Source of the DNA: Flaccisagitta enflata
Lineage: Eukaryota
NCBI GenBank assembly: GCA_965153355.1
Contig: OZ231126.1
Span: 49,290,001-49,354,000 of the forward strand
Length of the DNA: 64,000 bases
Direction of reading: 5' to 3'
Positions 22,155-35,639 of the stretch are shown here, piece by piece. Each line of letters starts with the position of its first letter. Position 1 is the stretch's first letter. A program made the translations under genes and the position numbers. A model generated the notes under the pieces. That model saw only the letters and a program-made list of their open reading frames with translations. It did no database searches and was not told where the DNA came from.

Positions 22155-25100
22155 AAATGCCGATTTTGCTTTGATCATGCCACTCTGAAGTTTGGGGGCG
22201 GTATTTACGTGTGTACAATGGGAAAAAAGCCTCAGAAGGCTTAGGGGAGTTGCCCAGAGACTACAAAAACTCAACAAAGTTGACATATTCAGCCTCAAAA
22301 TGAGCAAAATTGAATTACCACCCTCATACTCAAAAATTTCAAATTTCCTTCTTAATTTCAACATTAAGCACATTTTTTGGGCTTGTTGGATAGAAAAAAA
22401 ATATATGGAGGTGACCATGGAGGTGGGTGGGAGCGGTGCCCCATGGGAGTACCGTAGCGGCACCAAATTGGACAAATTGCAGGGCCAGCTAATGGAGGTG
22501 GTCTCAAAAAATGACGAAAATGGCCACCATTGATTTTGGGGCAAGAATGTATCCCAACATGACATATTCTGCCCAAAAAATGGTATTTTTCATCAATTTT
22601 GGGCAAAAAAATGCCAAATAACAGTCCTACCGATTGTTGTGAGTTTAGGTCCCTGACACCATCAACTTCAATTGCTTATAGCTTCTTAACAAAAAAGGTT
22701 GGAAAAACGCGATTGGCGGCATTTGAAAGAGCTGAAAAAATCCTTTCCAAACGGCACAAATTTTGTCTAAATTGTTTCATAAACAGCGGTACAGTGATCT
22801 CTCAAAGTACAGCAAATTCTATTTTTTAAGCTGTTTCACAACCATCAACTTTGAATGCTTATAGCTTCTAAAGGAAAGAAGTGGGAAAAACGTGGTTTGC
22901 GGCATTTGAAAGAGCTGAAAAAATCCTTTCAGAACAGCACAAATTTTGTCCAAATTGGTCAATAAACAGCAGTACAGTGATCTCTCAAAGTACAGTGAAT
23001 TTTGAATATACAGTTCTCTCACCACCATCAACTCTGATTGCTTATAGCTCCTATACAAAAGAAGTTAGAAAAACGTGGTTGGCAGCATTTGAAAGAGATG
23101 GAAAATCCTTTCAGAATAGCATGAATTTTGTCCAAATTGATTGATAAACAACTGTACAGTGATCTCTCAAAGTACAGCTTTTTTTTTCTTTCGCCACCAA
23201 CAACTTTGATTGCTTATGGCTTCTGAGCTAGACAAGTGACGCGTGGTCACAATATTGTTGCGGACGGATGGGCAGGGGCATCCATCCCCCAGCCTTACCA
23301 CAATCCCACCCCCAACCACCCTCCAACACACTCAGACCACTGCTCTGTATCTCCACCGTGTACTTCAAACTAGGAGAACTGCCACTTTTATGACGGTTTC
23401 ACATATGCAGAAATTTCTCCTCCTCCTTCTTCTCCTTCTCTGTACCCACCCCCCCTTGAAGTCCAAATCCTAGCCTTGAGGCTCAAATCCAAGCCTCAGG
23501 GCTCAAATCCCAGCCTCAAGGCTCAAATCCCAGCTCTGAAGCTCAAATCCCAGCCTCAAAGCTTAAATCCCAGCCTCTAAGCCCCATTCCCACCATCAAG
23601 GCTCAAATCCCAGCCAGGAAGCTGTAATCCTAGTCTTGAGGCCCAAATCCTAGTCTGGAGGCCTGAATCCTAGTCTCGAGGCCCAAATCCCAGTCCCAAG
23701 GCCTGAATCATAGTCTCGAGGCCTGAATCCCAGCCTCAAAGCTCAAATCCTAGCATTGAGGCCCAAATCCCAACCATGAAGCTCAAATCCCAGCCTCAAA
23801 GCTCAAATCCCAGCCTCCAGGCTCAAATTCCAGCCTCCAGGCTCAAATCCCAGCCTACAGGATCAAATTCCAGCCTCCGGGTACCGCTAACCATCTAACG
23901 CTTTCGCTACTATTCATTTTTAAACTCAAGCGTGACAACTCGAGCGTGACCAACAGACCGATGGACCAACGGACGGACAAAGCCTCTTGTGTGTCCGCAA
24001 CTAAAAAGTTACAAGATCGCAGTTGGCGGCACTTGAAAGAGCTGAAACAAGGCCGGATACACGGCTACCTCCCTCGCTTGCGGGAGCTGTATTTGAGGTC
24101 ACTTGATCGCTTGGGCAGGAGCAGTGAGGCCAAAGACCACAAGAACCCCAAAAAAGTAAATTGTGATGGACCAACGGATAGATGGACCGACGGACCGACG
24201 GACGGACCAACAAAGCGGGGTGGAGTCACGTAGCATGCGACTTAAAATATTTTTTTAGAGTAGCATGGATTTTATCAAAATCGGTCATAAATGGTGGTAC
24301 AAGTCCGCGACTTAAAATAGAGACTTCTTCAGAGGGATCTGACCAATTGCAAATATCCAATCAATTCTGACAAAAATAATGTCCATCAATCACTTTTTTG
24401 GCTGGGATTTGAGCTTCAGAACCGGGATTTGAGCCTTGAGGCTAGGATTTGAGCCTTGAGGCTTCAATTTGAGCCTCAAGGCTAGGATTTTGACCCTAAG
24501 GGGGGGGGGGGGTACAGAGAAGGAGATGAAGAGGAGGAGGGGAAATTTCTGCATATGTGAAAGCATGGGTCATCAAACCTTGCCGGGGCAAAACGCATAT
24601 TCATGATACTGCAATTGGGTGGCTGTGTCTGAGTGTGACAGAGAAAAAAGAAAAATGAGATGGGGCCTATGGCTGGGGGATGGATGCCCCTGCCCATCCG
24701 TCGGCTATAATACTGTGACCTCGCATCACTTGTTTAGCTCAGAATCCATAAGCAATCAAAGTTGTTGGTGGCGAAAGAAAAAAAAAAGCTGTACTTTGAG
24801 AGATCACTGTACGGCTGTTTATCAATCAATTTGGACAAAATTCATGCTATTCTGAAAGGATTTTTCCATCTCCCTCAAATGCTGCCAACCGCGTTTTTCA
24901 AACTTTTTTTGTATAGAGGCTATAAGCAATCAAAGTTGATGGTGGTGAGAGAACTGAATGTTCAAAATTCACTGTACTTTGAGAGATCACTGTACCGCTG
25001 TTTATTAACCAAATTGGACTGTTCTGAAAGGATTTTCAGCTTCCTCTTTCAAACCTGCCGCCAACATATACTTTTCGTTTTAGAAGCTATAAGCAATCAA

Positions 25101-25534
25101 AGAGATGATGGCTGTGGCTGGCCCAAAAATAGAATTTGCTGTACTGAAGATCACTATGCCGCTGAGCAATTTAGACCAAATTTATGCTGTTCTGAAAGGA
25201 TTTTCAGCTGCGCCAGATGCCGCCAACATGCGTTTCCCCTTTGTTTAAACTATAAGCAATTGAGTTGATGAGAATGTCAGAGACATAAACTCACAACAAT
25301 GACAGAAGTTTTCCATTTTGGCATTTTGCCCAAAAGGTATGTGAAAGTACCATTTTTTAGACAGGGAGTATGTAAATGTTTGGGGATGTACATTCTTGCC
25401 CCAAAATATCAATATTGAAACCATTTAAAATATCATTTTGAGATGACCACCTGTTAGGCCTGGCTGGCAATTTGGGTGCCGCTGCACACGGCCACCCTCA
25501 TGAAGCACCTCCCCACCCACCCATGGTCACCTCC
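22155..25534. mobile_element. ~3.4-kb non-coding composite fold-back insertion interrupting gag (mirror copy ~43101-46393)
   Basis: ~1.1-kb inverted arms (22408-23530 vs 24400-25534) with internal ~180-bp sub-repeats, a 20-bp minisatellite and a nested HINE. The gag peptide HKTDGDICGGS occurs on both sides. Confidence 0.8.
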
Positions 25535-28500
25535 GACCCACCACAGATGTCACCATCTGTTTTATGCACTAATACTTTGCCTTCTAGAGGTTCTTCTAAT
25601 CTTGGAAAAACTTCGTCTGCTTTCATCTCTGTTTCATTGTTTCTTACTATTATGGTTTCTGGATTTGGCTTTCTACCCCTTCTTTTGGGTAATTTTGGGT
25701 CTGGTGCTTTGTTAGTTGGGTCTAAATCCTCATGTTCACTGGAATCCACTAACCCATTGTCCTTATCTTTGTCTTTATCTTTGTCTTTATCCTTGTCCTC
25801 TGGGTTGCGAAGTGACCTTTTTGGTTTTATTGACTTTTTACTTTTACTAGTGGATTTGTGTTTATCCTTTGTAGCAGGTGCACAAGTGATTTGTCTCACA
25901 TTAACCTCACGGGTTGATGGTGCTGCTGTGTATCGTTTGTGTTTGTTTTTCTTGTCTGATGTTACATTGGTATGTGATATAGATTTGATGGATTGATTTT
26001 TGATGAGTGGTCTGTTGTCTTTGCTTTCCATTTCGTCTGAATCACTACTGCCGGTGTCACTTGTACTCTCGCTGCTCGTTTCACTATCTTCAGATTCACT
26101 ACTTGAATCTTCGCTTTCCTCTGTTTTGCTACTGCCGGTTTCGCTTGTGGTACTTCCGGTTTCGCTACTTGTTTCACTGCTATCATTTGTGTCTGATGTT
26201 GTATTGGAGTCATCCGAGTCTGATGATGTGTTGCTGTCTGATGATATGGATGGGTTTGATAAATCAAACTCTTGATAATCAGTTTCTTCTCTTTGAGGAT
26301 GTACTTCAGCTTTTACTCTCCTTGTGTTCTGTCTCTGATCATCAGATTTGGATGTTTGCTCCTTTTTTCCTGTATTGTCTGTTTTTGGTTCCTGTTGCGT
26401 TCCCATTTTCTCATGTTTGCCTTTTTGATCTTTTCTTTTTGCCTTATCATTCTCGGGAGAATCATCTCTGCCTTTCGGCTGCTTTGATTCTTCCTTGCAT
26501 GAGCTTTTTGATTTGTGTTTTGATTTAGATTTTGTGTCATTTTTCTCATGCTTGTTTTCCACTATTTTTAATCCTTTTAGGCTCAAGGACCGGCTATTCG
26601 GTGCGTCACCGCCATGTTCTTCGTGCTGTTTTGGCGGGATTGTGGATTTTGAACTGACAGCGTCAGCCGTTTTACTTCCGGCTGCGCAGCTGTCTTCATT
26701 ATCTGTCGCGGCGGGATTATTTACTTCCGCGGCGCTATCATAAGTGTTTTTCCTTGAACGGATGGAACCTTCGCGTCTAATTGTCGTGCTCAGCTGAGTA
26801 TTACTGTATCGTGAATCTTTTGATGTGTCTCTTGAGCTAGACGGCATGTTTGTGTTATGGCTGCGCGAGCTCATTCGGCTCTGTCTTCCTGACATTTCAT
26901 GATTGTAATTTTGATAATTTGGATTCATGCCCGAATTATGTGGCATTTGCCATCCGAATGGGATTTGCGGGCCACCTTGCCAATTTTGTCCCATATTCAT
27001 ACTATGCATCATTGGGTTGTGATTAGATGGATGATTCATGGCTTGATTTATGTTTGGCATGTATGGACTGAACATCGGATATGAGACCATGTTGCGTGAC
27101 ATTTATAGATTCATGTTTCTTAAACTGTTTTGTGAATCATGTGCTGATGATTTTCTGTCATTCATGCTCCTTTTCCCTTCTTTTGCTCTCCTTTTACTAT
27201 GTTTGGTGTGATCAGTCCTTTCTTTCCTGGTCATTCTAGATGAATCAGGTGGTAGTGGATCATTCGCATCGCTTTCATTTTCATTCTTAGATTCACTTGC
27301 TAATTTTAATAATGCGGTGTGTTGTTTTACCTTTCATGACAGGCTGATTCGGTACCGAGCTGTCTGCGGGTTTAACTTCATTACTCTTTGCGTCTCTATC
27401 GTCGCCTGGGGATTGTCTACGGCGGCGATCGGATTTAGCAGACGCTCGCTCATTTTCATCATTCTTCTGCTTGGAACGACTGGATCTACGCTCACTTCGT
27501 TCGTCTTCGTTTTTGGATCTTACGGAACGCTCACTTCGTTCGTCCTCGTATTTGGATCGATCGGACCGCTCACTTCGTCCGGAATGTTTCTTGGATCTCT
27601 CGGACTCATGCTCACTTCGCTTCGCTCCGCCCTTAGACGGATTTGAGGTAAGCGACAGATCATTCAGCTTCTCAGACTTTTTACTAATGTCTTTTGAACT
27701 TTTCTTAGATTTCTTTGAATGTTTCTTTTTGCTGTTTTTCCCACTCTCATCGTTGCTAGATGAATTTGAGTTTATAGTCCTCTCTTCAGAAACACTTTCC
27801 CTGGTCTCCTCGGCTCTATCTTTTAATTTTCTCTTCATTTTAAGTGTTTCTTTGTTTTCATTGTCATTGTGAGTGATCTCTTGCATAAGATCATCATTGT
27901 CATCTACGTGATATGACAATTTATCATCGGGTATCGTGTGAGTGTGTGTGGGAATGTTGGAGGAATGAGCTTGGTTTTCGCCCTTGTTTTTGTTTCTCTC
28001 ACTCATGGTGTTATGTTTTTGCAAGCTCATTTCTCTGATTGGACATTCATCTTCACTATTCAATTTTAACCCATAAGGATCTTGTGCACTTTCACCTTTG
28101 GATTCATTATACTCAGTGGGATGTGTTTGGCCTTGATCAACTGTATCGTCATCAATATCGCTCACAAACCTGTCAGTGCCATCATCATTGCTACTGACGT
28201 TTGTTTCATTTTGTTCAGTTGTGTTGCTTGGTTCATTCGTATGTGGCTTTGCTTTTTCAAGAGTTGCGTCATCGTCGTGGCGACTCGTGACGGCTACGGT
28301 ATCGCTCTTAGACGATTCAGCCTCCTCATTTGAATCTTCTGATTCTTCCAGCGGACTGATTTCATCCGGATAATTAATAGCTCGTGACTCGCACATGACC
28401 GTGACCTCCTTTATGAGCTTTCTCAGGTCTTTCATTAGAAAGCATTCTCTATTGGTCATTTCTTCCATTGCTATTATTCTTTTGTGAATGTGGTGTATCA

Positions 28501-31500
28501 GCCTTTCCTTGATTCTAGTTTTGTCTTTTTCTTCTTCTTGGGCTGTTTCACCGTCTCGCAACTTTTGCCTTAATTTGGCTATGTCGCGTCTCAACTCCTT
28601 CAGTACTCTGACTGATTCACTCAACTCGTTGGCGCTGTTTTTGTTTTGATTATATTTATGCTCAGCTGCATCTTTCTCTAATTGTATGGCCTGTATTTGC
28701 ATTTTTAGAGACTCCATTGCCTCTTTTGCTGATGTGCATTCGGTTTTCTTATCTTCTAATTCTTTCTTTGCGTCATCATGGCGCTTTTGCAGTTTTTTCA
28801 GTTGCGTCTCGAGTTCTGTAACCATCTCTTCTGCGGCTTCTGTGGCGGATTTTTGCTCATCGAGTTCTTTTTCTTGTTACGCCCATCTGATGCGATATAC
28901 TTTCAATCTGTCATTCTCTTCTGATGTTTCAGATGTGGTTTTGCTACATCAGTTAATCGTGATTTTACAGCGGCTATTTCAGCTGTCTGTGCAGCATATT
29001 GAGCTTTGTAAAATTTATGTTGGCTCTCTTCAAGGACCACTTTGGCTTGCGCTTCATCCCGTTCATTTTTCAGCTCTGTGACCAGCTTTTTCAGCCCTTC
29101 ATTCATGTCTATGTTACCTTGGCTTGTCGCCATTAGGGCGTTGATACTTTGTTGCAGCTGGTCTGCGTTGTTTTTGGCTGTGTTTAATTCTTTTCTAGAT
29201 GCGTCTAGCTCTCTTTTAGCTGTGTCTCTCTCTCTTTTTGTGTTTTCTAACTTCTGATTCTTGTCCGCGCGTTCATTACTCCAATTTTTCAATTGGGTCT
29301 CATAGCTCTCTTTGGTTTTCTCATGTCTTTTCTTGAACATTTCTGTATCAGCTTTAGCCTTTTCCAGCTCTTTCTTGTTTAAAGCTAAATCATTGTTAGC
29401 TGCTTTCAGATTTTTGATGGCTTCTTCTTTTTCTTTATCGAGAATCTTGAACTTTTCTTTCATTTCTGTTATAATTTTTTCATTCTCTTTCATCATTCTG
29501 TCATGGGTTTTTGATTGCTTTTGGCATTCTAATAGTTTAGCTGCTTGTTCTGTCTGTAAATCAGCAAGCATTTTGGCTTGCTCTGTCTGTAAATCAGCAA
29601 GCATTTTGGCTTGTTCGGTCAACTCTACTGTATGTTTTTCGCGTTCTAGCTCAAGTGAGTCTTTAAGAATTTTATTCTCATTTTCATTTTTCAAGAGATT
29701 TGTCCTGAGTAGATCGACTTTCTCTTGACTTGTTTTCTCATTCGTCTTAATTTGCTCTTGCAGGGTTTTTAATTGTTTGTCCAGCTCTGCTAGTGCTTTA
29801 ACATTTCCTTCTTTCTCTGTTTTCAGTTTGTGTTCATAGTCTGTGATTGCTGCATTTGTTTCATTTGTGTTCATTAGAATTGTCATTTCTTTTTCTTTGA
29901 TCAATCTCTTGTCATTCTCTGCTTGCTCTTTGAGCTTGCTTATCTCTGCTTGCGCTGCTGTGATGGATGCTTCCACTTCTTTTCCTTCTCCTTCTCCTTC
30001 CCGCCTTGTTTGGGATGTTCTCAACTTGCTGGACAATTCCTGCAACTTTTCTTCTTTCTGTTTTACTACCGAGTTGATTTTGTCCAATTTTTCATTCAAT
30101 GCTTGCTCGGATAATTCTTTCTCTTTCATGATAGCAGCACTTACTCCATGTGCTTGCATATTAGTCTCCATATCCTTATTGAGAGACTCTATTTTCTCTT
30201 TGAGCACTGCTGCTTGTTCCTCTTTCTCTTTGGCAATATTTGCCTTTGTGGAATTTAACGCATCAATTTCTGATTTCAGACTGTTGATGTGTGTCTCATG
30301 TGAGTCTTTTATGCTTTCCAGATGGAATATTTGTTCATTCAGACCCTGTCTTTCTGTTAGCATTTCCTCTTTGTTTTTGACCAATGCGAAATAATCAGAA
30401 TTGGCTAATGATAAACCATTCTTTAGGTCATTATTGGATTCTTCCAATATTTCGATTTGTCTTTGCCAATTTTCTTCTGCTTCTGCTCTGCTTGCTTCCA
30501 AGCATTCTACTTTGTCTAGCAAGCTTTTGATTTCCTCTTGCAGATCCTTGATTACATCCTGATAATCAAGGTTTGATTCCGCCATGAATTGCGAGAACTC
30601 TGTTTTATTTTTATTTTCTTCTCGCAATCGGTCTTGTTCGTCCAGCTCATTTAATCTTCTCATATAGCAGTTCATCTCTAAGCAGAGAGAGAACTTATAG
30701 CGCGCTTCCGACGTGCGTGCGTTCGTTCGCGTGCATAAACTCTCAATGTCGTGCTTGTGCGATTTGCCATAGCAGACATAGCACCTGGACTCAAATAATG
30801 AATTGCCTTCTTCGCTCACCGGTTTTCTTAATTTCCACACCACTTTTTCGAGTGTGATAACCGAGAGCTTTGTCACATCGCCTTTTAGGAACTGATCTTG
30901 TATAGACAACAACGTCACAAGTGTTGGTTCCCCTTTTAGCCAGTCATCGTAGTCAGGAGCTGATTTCTCCTGTTCAGCCAGATCAGTATATGATGGCGAT
31001 CTGCCAGATACTGCAATTTGGTCAGGCGATGGTTCATCAGAATTCCATGTTTCTAATTCTGTTTCTAGTGCCAGTTCGATTCTAGTTCTACGTTTATCTG
31101 GGAACTCTTGGACATCCATGGCTTTTCTCATTTTTGTCAGGTCAAGGCTTCCTAAGATTGCTTGGATGTCGTTTGGATTGCTAATTTTTAATGGGATTTG
31201 TTCCTCAACCGTCAGTATGCCGTCATCTGATCTCTTATTTAACGGTTTACAATGTTTTGATACCCATTTTCTATGGTGGATATTCTGTGGGGAACCATAC
31301 CTTTTGAAGTCTTGGTTTTGGGATAAGCTGGCGTGTTTATGGCTGGCGAATGTCGCACCTTTGAGGATGAGCCCGTTGCCCGTGTTTTGTGCTTTGGTGC
31401 TTTTTCGCCTTTTGCATTGGAGGGCGGTTGTTTTGGCTGAGGCGCTTTATTTTCCCGTGTTGTTGTCGTCTTTGTTGACTCTGTTGATGACGCTGAAATC

Positions 31501-32374
31501 TGGTTTGGATTTGGCGGTGCTCCGCCGGATAGCAACGCTGCTGTGAGCGGTGTCATCGGGAATTTCGGCGACCCTGCCTTGGCCGCCTTTCTAGCGGCTC
31601 CGTGGGATTGCGTATCTGCTGACTGGGATAAGGTGGTAGAAATGTTAGATGGTTTTGATTTCATTGATGACTTTTTAGGGACATATGGCTCTGATCCGGG
31701 TTTGCAAGTCATCAATTTCTTTGCGTGAGGCGGCAATCTTTCCATCACGGCTTCTATTGGTACGCCTTCAAAAGTCTCGGTCATATTTCTTGTTTTACCG
31801 TTTATGTCAATCGTGCTCATTTGTACTGTCAATGAGTCGTCTTCAAATTGTGTCATTGAAAATGATTGGACTTGTTGTAATTGATCGTCTATGTCTAACT
31901 TACTCTGTTGCCTAGCGCTTGATGTTGTGCTCGCTTGAGCGTACGTTTCGCTTCCTTCCACCTGTTTTGGAATGGTCTCGTCAGCGTCAAGGTCTAATTT
32001 TGGAACGCGAATTTGGTCGTCACAGTCCGTTATGTTCGCCTGAACGATCGCTGGCGATTCTGTAGTTGAATCTCGATCCGGTATGTTCGCCGGACCAGAT
32101 GTCGGCGTTCCGTCTACGCCTGAACGATCGCTGGCGATTCTGTTGTTGAGTCTCGATCCGGTATGGTCGCCGGACCGGATGTCGGCGTTCCGTCTACATT
32201 AGCGCGATCTGGTATGGTCACCGGACCGGATGTTGGCGCAACGGATGGTTCACGCAGTTGCGTCTCGTTGTCGGTGTTGGTATCGTGTTGTTCATTCAAC
32301 TCGTTACTGACTGACGGACATTCATTGCCGTCATTTGCATTGCCGTCATTTGTGTCCATTTTCTCGTCATCCAT
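25535..32374 (-). pseudogene. Long N-terminal extension of Gag (~2280 codons; low-complexity plus ~900-aa coiled coil), broken by a few indels and a stop
   Basis: ORFs of 86, 240, 742, 510 and 534 aa are collinear on the same strand. Frames overlap at the breaks (4-nt loss in a tandem repeat at ~32117, shifts at ~31300, ~28900 and ~27300, TAA at 27103-27105). The last ORF ends in LVHKTDGDICGGS, which continues into the gag core. Confidence 0.7.
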
Positions 32375-32816
32375 GATTGTCTATTGTGAAATTGTCATTC
32401 AAATAGTCGTGGTCGTTTCACCTGTGTTTTGGTTAACAAATAACGATTAATATTGTAAATTGAGCAAATTTTGATAACGAGAGGCAAGCGAGGCAATTTT
32501 GATTGATTGTTCTGTAACGAGTAACAGAATGTGAAGAAATTGAAGGCAATCATGGCATTTTAACAAAGTTATGAAATATAATATTTGTAACGAAATGTGT
32601 TTTAATAAGTGCTATTTGTAACAAATGCGAATGAAATATAGCGATTGCGGTAAAACATGTAATCATATGGCGTAATAAAATGCGATTGTTCAATGGAATA
32701 CGCGCGTCCCGAATATGTGAAATTTATATGTCTCTTTTGCGCGTAACGCGCGGAATGCTGATTTGTGCCAGACGTCTTTTTGCCTATTGCGCAAAAGTCT
32801 TACTTCTTCGCAAAAC

Positions 32817-35630
32817 TCATGCTTCGTCGGAGCGCCCTTTGTTTCCGTCGCTCTCCACTTCCTCATCCTCCTCGGATGCATTATCCGGATCTATTTGAAG
32901 GATCTCGCTCGCGCGCTCTTTTCCACTTTCTTTACATATTTGCAGCCATTCGGGGTCCCATTTTTTCCATTCTTCAGGATCTTTCAACTTTTCTGCTCGG
33001 CTTTTTATTTTCTTTTCCATTTCTCTGTATCTTTGATATTCAGCTTTTGCGTCTTCACACACTTCATGCATTATGTCATTCATATCTCTGTCTGTCATCA
33101 GATCTTTTATTTCCTCGATGAGCTCTTTTTCTATCTTTTTTCTGTAATTTGCCAATCCGTCTGGGCCTAGGCGGAAGGCTGCGTCCCAATACGATTCCAT
33201 CTGCAATCTGACAGATCTAGTATGTGTGTTATTTGTTGCAAGTGAATCGTTCACATCGCTTAATAGCCTTGTTCGGCCCCCCAAAGCGGATGGATGGACG
33301 CCGATGAACTCTTCATGATAATCTGAAATATCATTTCTCTTCTTCTTGACGAATAATCTAGGGGCATTTATTGTTGCACTCACCGCATGAGTGTTTTTCA
33401 CCCCGCATTGGCATGTGGCTTCAGAGTGCTGCTGCAGCTCTTTGTTTACTTTTCTCAATGTTTTTCTTATTTTGCATGCCATTTCGTGTTTTGATGGTAA
33501 TTCGTCAGTCATTTCTAATTCTGTCATTTTGTCTTCTTGTGATAGTTCACATTCACTACATTCCTTCCCCTTTTTGTGCTCATCTTGTCTCTTTATTTCC
33601 TGCAATATGCCCATGAGATAATTTGTGATTCCTTCTTCAGGTGGGGGTGCTTCCTCTAGTTGTTTTGTGATCGAGAAAAGCAATTCTACCCCTGGTTTTG
33701 GTCTTTGTATGGATGGGTTGTTGTCAAAATCTTGTTTTTTTGTTTTGACAAATTGCTTCATTGAATTGTCCTCTCTTATGCGTGCCAGCTTTTCTCTTTC
33801 TGCTTGAGCTTGCGGTTTATTCATGGATCTGTTTTGTTGCTCAAGAGATTTTTCTCTAGCCTTCTTTGATTTTCTGTCAAGCTTGAACAATGTCATGATA
33901 AATTTCATGATTTGTTTTTCTGCTGATTTTGTGTATTCTTCATTGACAGATATATCATCTGGCATTGCAGGATTAGCACATGCGTGTGTTGTGCTTAAAT
34001 CTTCATTTTCATGTTCATGGGAAGAGGGCGTTGACCCCTCATCGGCTGAATTGGTTGTTGTCTCAGTGTCTGAGTCATCACTTGCTATGGTTATGGCACT
34101 GATTGTACCTGGCTGCCAATTATCGTTTTCATCATCACTGGACTCTGAACACGTTGTGACCAAGTCAGGTGGATTATCTGAATCATCGTCATCGTCATAT
34201 GAACGAGAGCCTATTTTCAGCTTTTTGCTAGCATCAGCCTTCCTCCATTCGCCATTTATATTTTCCCAGGTGCCATCAGTTAGTTTTTCACCCAGTTTAT
34301 GTTTCCGGCCGATGTCTTTATCTGGTTTCTTGACTCTGAATTTCTCAATTGCTTTTCTGTCTGTTATTTCGAATTTGGACGACAGAAAGTTTGGTCTATG
34401 TAATTTTGCAATTGCTTCGCTGTTGCATCGTCTTTGGTGCGTCCAGTTGCACCTTTTTTCACTCTCGTTATCGGATGGTGAGGAGTTATCTGGTGTTGGC
34501 TCATCTTCCCATTCCATGATTTGTGTTCTTTCACGCTTTTCTGCCGATTGGCGTAAGCGTTTCTCATTCTCTCTTATTTTCCTTAAGCATTTTGATTTTT
34601 CCTTATTAGGAATGGAAGGATCATTAAGAACATTATCTCGTCTTATGGTTGTCAAATTGCTGATGATTTCTAGACGGTTTTTATGGACTTCTGCTCTTTA
34701 GTCTAGTAATTTCTGATGCTCAGTTTTGGTATTGTTATTCATTTCAGTGTTCATGAGCTTAATCTGCTCTAACTGAATTTCACGGTAATTTTGTTTTGTG
34801 TGAGCATGTTGAAGTGACTCATTAAGGGCCTGGTCGTGAATTCTCATTCGCTTTACTATCTCCTCTTGGGGCAGATTTTGCTCTTTTGCTTCCTCCTCTG
34901 CCTTTTTCGCTTCCTCTACCTTTTTGTCCATAATTTTGGATTCACGGTCACTGCTTTCAATGACCTGTTCAAGCATGTCAAGGTCTCTTGTGCGTTTGTA
35001 ATTTTCTAGTTTCTTCTTTACATCTATATGATTTTTGATGCATTTTTGCTCTTTCTCGATTGCATCTGCAGATTCCTCTTTCTGTCTCCTTTTCTTTTGT
35101 GCAATCGTTGCTGGTTCAAGGCCCTTTGAGGTCTCTTCTATGAATTTGATACTTTGTGTACATTCGTCCTTTTTCCTCCTGATTGTTTCTATGCATTGCT
35201 TAATTTGCATATCTTTATCATCAATCTTTTTTTGAATGGAGTCGAGAATATTTTCTCTTTGATATTTGCAATGTAGCTCTCTGTATTGCTTTAAAGTTGA
35301 CTCCATTTTGGCAAGTGACTCTTTGCCCACTGCATAATTTTCATCCCGCAGTTCTTTCAATCTGTTAAGGGTTTTGACCTGCTCTCTTCTCCATGCTGGG
35401 TCATCATCTCTTGGGTTGATTGTCCTTAACAATTCTTCTGCGGCCTTGTATTCATTTTCAGCTTCTCTGTAGCCTTGGTCTAATTTTTCTCTGTTATCTT
35501 CTACCTCCTTCTTGCATACTTCAATCAATGCTTCTGTTTGATTTACTTTTTCATTCAAATATTGAATGATTTGCTTTCTTCTTTTGTATTTTGTTGTTTC
35601 ATCCTTATTTGGAACCTGGTGGTTGGCCAC
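32817..35630 (-). CDS. Additional ORF upstream of gag (>930 aa, one in-frame TAA at 34698-34700); charged/coiled-coil, unknown function; 5' end cut by the fold-back apex
   Basis: The 333-aa and 612-aa ORFs are in the same frame. Separated from the gag-extension ATG by a ~440-bp non-coding spacer. Confidence 0.65.
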
Positions 35631-35639
35631 AGCGTGCGC

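Noticed and set aside
28903-31131. 742-aa coiled-coil ORF as a host SMC/myosin/golgin gene
   Set aside because: No ATPase or motor motifs, intronless, and collinear with ORFs that run directly into the retroelement gag.
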